Below the pieces are notes generated by a model. That model worked only from the letters and a program-made list of their open reading frames with translations. It searched no databases and had not been told where the DNA came from. The position numbers and the translations under genes are program-made. From assembly GCA_965223335.1 (NCBI GenBank), contig OZ244991.1, positions 256,001 through 320,000 on the forward strand: a DNA stretch of 64,000 bases, read 5' to 3'. The stretch comes from Thermodesulfobacteriota bacterium. GTDB taxonomy: Bacteria > Desulfobacterota_D > UBA1144 > Nemesobacterales > UBA2774. Shown here one piece after another: positions 61,513-64,000 of the stretch (position 1 is the first letter of the stretch; each line of letters begins with the position of its first letter).

Positions 61513-62529
61513 CTAAAGTGGAGACTCATCGGCAAGGCTCGGCGTCCACCACGAATCCATTGAACCGGTGCCGTTGCCGTTGTTAAGCCCCAGGAAGCCT
61601 GTGAAGTAGAGACTGTTATTGGGGCAATTTCCTGTATTTGGATCTAAGTCAAGACAGGTATATCTCTGAAACGGCATGAACAGCCATCCTACGTCCACGC
61701 TGTCGTTACAAATTCTGTTTACTTCGCCCTTAGAGTTGGGGTGGAAGTTGTCTATGCCCTTGTCTAACAATGTGGGGGCACATGCGAATGTAGTCGGGCT
61801 GCAGGATGTGGGACTCTCGAATTCGTCGAAGATATGGATCTGAGGTGTGGGGTCTGTTACATCACCCGTTGCATCGCCGAATACAGCTTGGGTTAGAGAG
61901 TTGGCCACTACAGATGCACTATTTACCCTTCTGTAAACAAGTCCAACTACATCCGAGAGGTTGGCTCCGTCTACATTATTGAAGTTTAGATCGCCACGAG
62001 CCCATGTATTTTCAAAAGCGAAAAAATTTTCACCAGCTGCGTTGGTCCTATACTCGAAGTCACCGTCGCCGTCTATGATCCTAAACATCCCTATCAGGTC
62101 TTGAAATCCACTACTTTGCGATACAATAAATAACCCGTAACCCTCATCCAAATCAGCAGCTGGGGCAGAATTGCCTACAATGCCCAGCCCATCGGCATCG
62201 TTGTTGGATACTAAGTTGCTTAGGTCATATACGTGTGTGTCCCCAGGGGTGTACACATCGTTAAAATCAGTTTCTTCACACACAACTACAGGCGATGTGA
62301 CATTGAAAATCTGCACATGAACAAATGAACTAAAATTAGTAGTATTTGTAACCTGCACAAAAGTCTGGCGGGCCATACGTAGGTCCCAGAAGTTGACCAA
62401 AGCATTATCAGCCTGGTCCGTTTGGTCTATTATTGGGATTAGAATACCTGCCTTGGATACCGTCGGTATGGCAAGCATAACTGCTAATAATGTTAAACAA
62501 ATTACTCTTGATACAGTACTCTTAATCAT
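61513..62529 (-). CDS. Secreted hypothetical protein (paralogue of 58090-59121)
   Basis: Signal peptide SKA-G; long identical blocks with 58090-59121. Confidence 0.85.
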   Translation of the reverse strand: MIKSTVSRVICLTLLAVMLAIPTVSKAGILIPIIDQTDQADNALVNFWDLRMARQTFVQVTNTTNFSSFVHVQIFNVTSPVVVCEETDFNDVYTPGDTHVYDLSNLVSNNDADGLGIVGNSAPAADLDEGYGLFIVSQSSGFQDLIGMFRIIDGDGDFEYRTNAAGENFFAFENTWARGDLNFNNVDGANLSDVVGLVYRRVNSASVVANSLTQAVFGDATGDVTDPTPQIHIFDEFESPTSCSPTTFACAPTLLDKGIDNFHPNSKGEVNRICNDSVDVGWLFMPFQRYTCLDLDPNTGNCPNNSLYFTGFLGLNNGNGTGSMDSWWTPSLADESPL

Positions 62530-62759
62530 CCGTGTTTCCTCCTTACATGTTTTGAAATTAGTAATCTATTTAGATGCTATTTCTATTTTGTTTCTTGTAA
62601 CATAAAGAATTTAAGGGTCGCAAAAAAACTTAAATTGTATCTCTCGAAATCATTTTACCCCATAATTCACTAATTATGCAAGCATTTTTAGGCAAATACA
62701 TAAAAAAGATGGGAAATTGTGAGAAATTTTCTTTTTGGAATAGATTTCTGAGAAGAGAC

Positions 62760-62790
62760 GTACCGAGCTGGTAATTACCCAGCTCGGTAC
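62760..62790 (-). terminator. Hairpin/terminator after isocitrate lyase
   Basis: 12-bp stem GTACCGAGCTGG/CCAGCTCGGTAC. Confidence 0.7.
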
Positions 62791-62804
62791 TCTACGCTGA
62801 GATT

Positions 62805-64000
62805 TTACTTTTTTTTCTTTTTGGTTGAGCTGTCTTTTTTAGCTATCAAGCGTTTTAATGCAACGAGATCCGGATCAAGCAGGTCCTTCACACGGTCGGC
62901 ATTAATATACGCTACAATTATGTGACCGATCTCCGTATTGACCTCGCCATAGATACCAAGCGCCTTCATACCTTTTGTCTGTACCTGGTTATCCTCAGTC
63001 GGGCTTACATAATGAACTGAGACGGCTTTGTATCTGTTAATAAGATACAGGTGGATCAATGTCATCAAGCGTTTTTTTCTGTACTTCTTGTCAAATGTAT
63101 TCTGGTCCCTTATAGACACAATGTTGTTGTCCATACGGTCCTGGATACGGGTAAAGATAACATCTGCAACCTTATTATTCTTGTTCCAAACGTTTATTTC
63201 CATAAGGTCAGAACCTGCAACATGCGGTCTTAGCTCCACGGTGAGTTTGCCTTTGATCTTGTAATGATTGGCCCAAATCTGGAGCCACTGCTCTAGCAGT
63301 TTTGGCGGAACCTCGGTCTGTACTAGGTGCTGATACTGGGTAGAGCCCTTGCCCATGGCTTTCGTAGTAGCGGTCCTTCCGGATGTTGCTGTGAGAGCAC
63401 CGTCCAAACGCGGGCCGCCGACATGGGTCTGAGGGGTTTTGTACGGAGAATCCAGCAGTCTTAGTTTTCTCTGAAGCCTTGCAAGTGCCAGCATACCGTT
63501 TCGGTTAAGTGCCGTAGCAAATTCCTCTGCTGCCAGTCCATCGATCTGGTGACCGCCGTAGGTGATAAAGTTAAACACAAACCCAAGTTTTCCTATCTCT
63601 TTTGGGAACCTTCTCATCTCTTCATCGCTCATCCCAGTGGTATCCCAGTTAAATGACGGTGAGAGGTTATAGGCAAGCATCTGATCCGGATACACGGCGT
63701 GAACTGCCTCGGCAAACTCCCTTGCATCCTCGAGGTCAGCAGTCTTAGTTTCCATCCATAGCAGGTCGGCGTATGGTGCAACTGCCAGAGACTTCGCTAT
63801 GGCATATTCAATGCCGCCTTTTACCTGATAGTAGCCCTCGGGGGTCCTTGAAAGCTCACAGTCCCACATGGCATCGATGCCCATCGACCTTGCTCTCTCG
63901 CGCGCCTCATGGAAAGAGACCTGCTTCGAGTACTGGAACCACTCATCAACCGTCATATCGAGTTTTCTTCCCTCTTCAATATCAAACTCCATAAGCTCAG
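62805..64000 (-). CDS. aceA: Isocitrate lyase, ICL2 (long) type; 5' part lies outside the window
   Basis: [37 protein letters not shown], plus C-terminal RDQNTF...[10 protein letters not shown]...[10 protein letters not shown] domain. Confidence 0.92.
   Translation of the reverse strand, partial: ELMEFDIEEGRKLDMTVDEWFQYSKQVSFHEARERARSMGIDAMWDCELSRTPEGYYQVKGGIEYAIAKSLAVAPYADLLWMETKTADLEDAREFAEAVHAVYPDQMLAYNLSPSFNWDTTGMSDEEMRRFPKEIGKLGFVFNFITYGGHQIDGLAAEEFATALNRNGMLALARLQRKLRLLDSPYKTPQTHVGGPRLDGALTATSGRTATTKAMGKGSTQYQHLVQTEVPPKLLEQWLQIWANHYKIKGKLTVELRPHVAGSDLMEINVWNKNNKVADVIFTRIQDRMDNNIVSIRDQNTFDKKYRKKRLMTLIHLYLINRYKAVSVHYVSPTEDNQVQTKGMKALGIYGEVNTEIGHIIVAYINADRVKDLLDPDLVALKRLIAKKDSSTKKKKK

Overview
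Bacterial chromosomal window. The tandem IPTL-CTERM proteins and other gene content suggest a deltaproteobacteria-like lineage such as Ca. Dadabacteria; this is inference only. The left arm (1-23.9 kb) is mostly housekeeping: a MORN-repeat protein, pckA, carD, DUF58/BatA-vWA genes, an alkaline-phosphatase-family enzyme, glnE, priA, a TPR protein, a DtxR/MntR-regulated Mn/Zn/Fe ABC operon with palindromic operators, an AI-2E transporter, glutaminyl cyclase and a beta-hydroxyacid dehydrogenase. The centre (23.9-51.5 kb) holds two integrated elements on either side of ONE tRNA-Arg(CCT) gene. Island A (~10.5 kb, upstream) is bounded by a perfect 126-bp repeat of the tRNA promoter plus the 5' half of the tRNA. 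It looks like a phage satellite, with an integrase, an AEP primase, a TerS-like HTH protein, a putAbiC-like membrane protein, a Panacea-PemK TA pair and a DUF1566 protein. Island B (~17 kb, downstream) is bounded by a 37-bp repeat of the 3' half of the tRNA. It carries an integrase, a 4554-aa Rhs toxin, a likely immunity gene and kptA. The Rhs YD shell is interrupted by ~3000 aa of adhesin repeats and an internal signal-peptide-like segment. The right arm has an orphan Rhs-core fragment joined to a truncated hemG, three tandem IPTL-CTERM paralogues, an amidohydrolase/agmatinase chimera, three paralogous secreted proteins and a partial ICL2-type isocitrate lyase.
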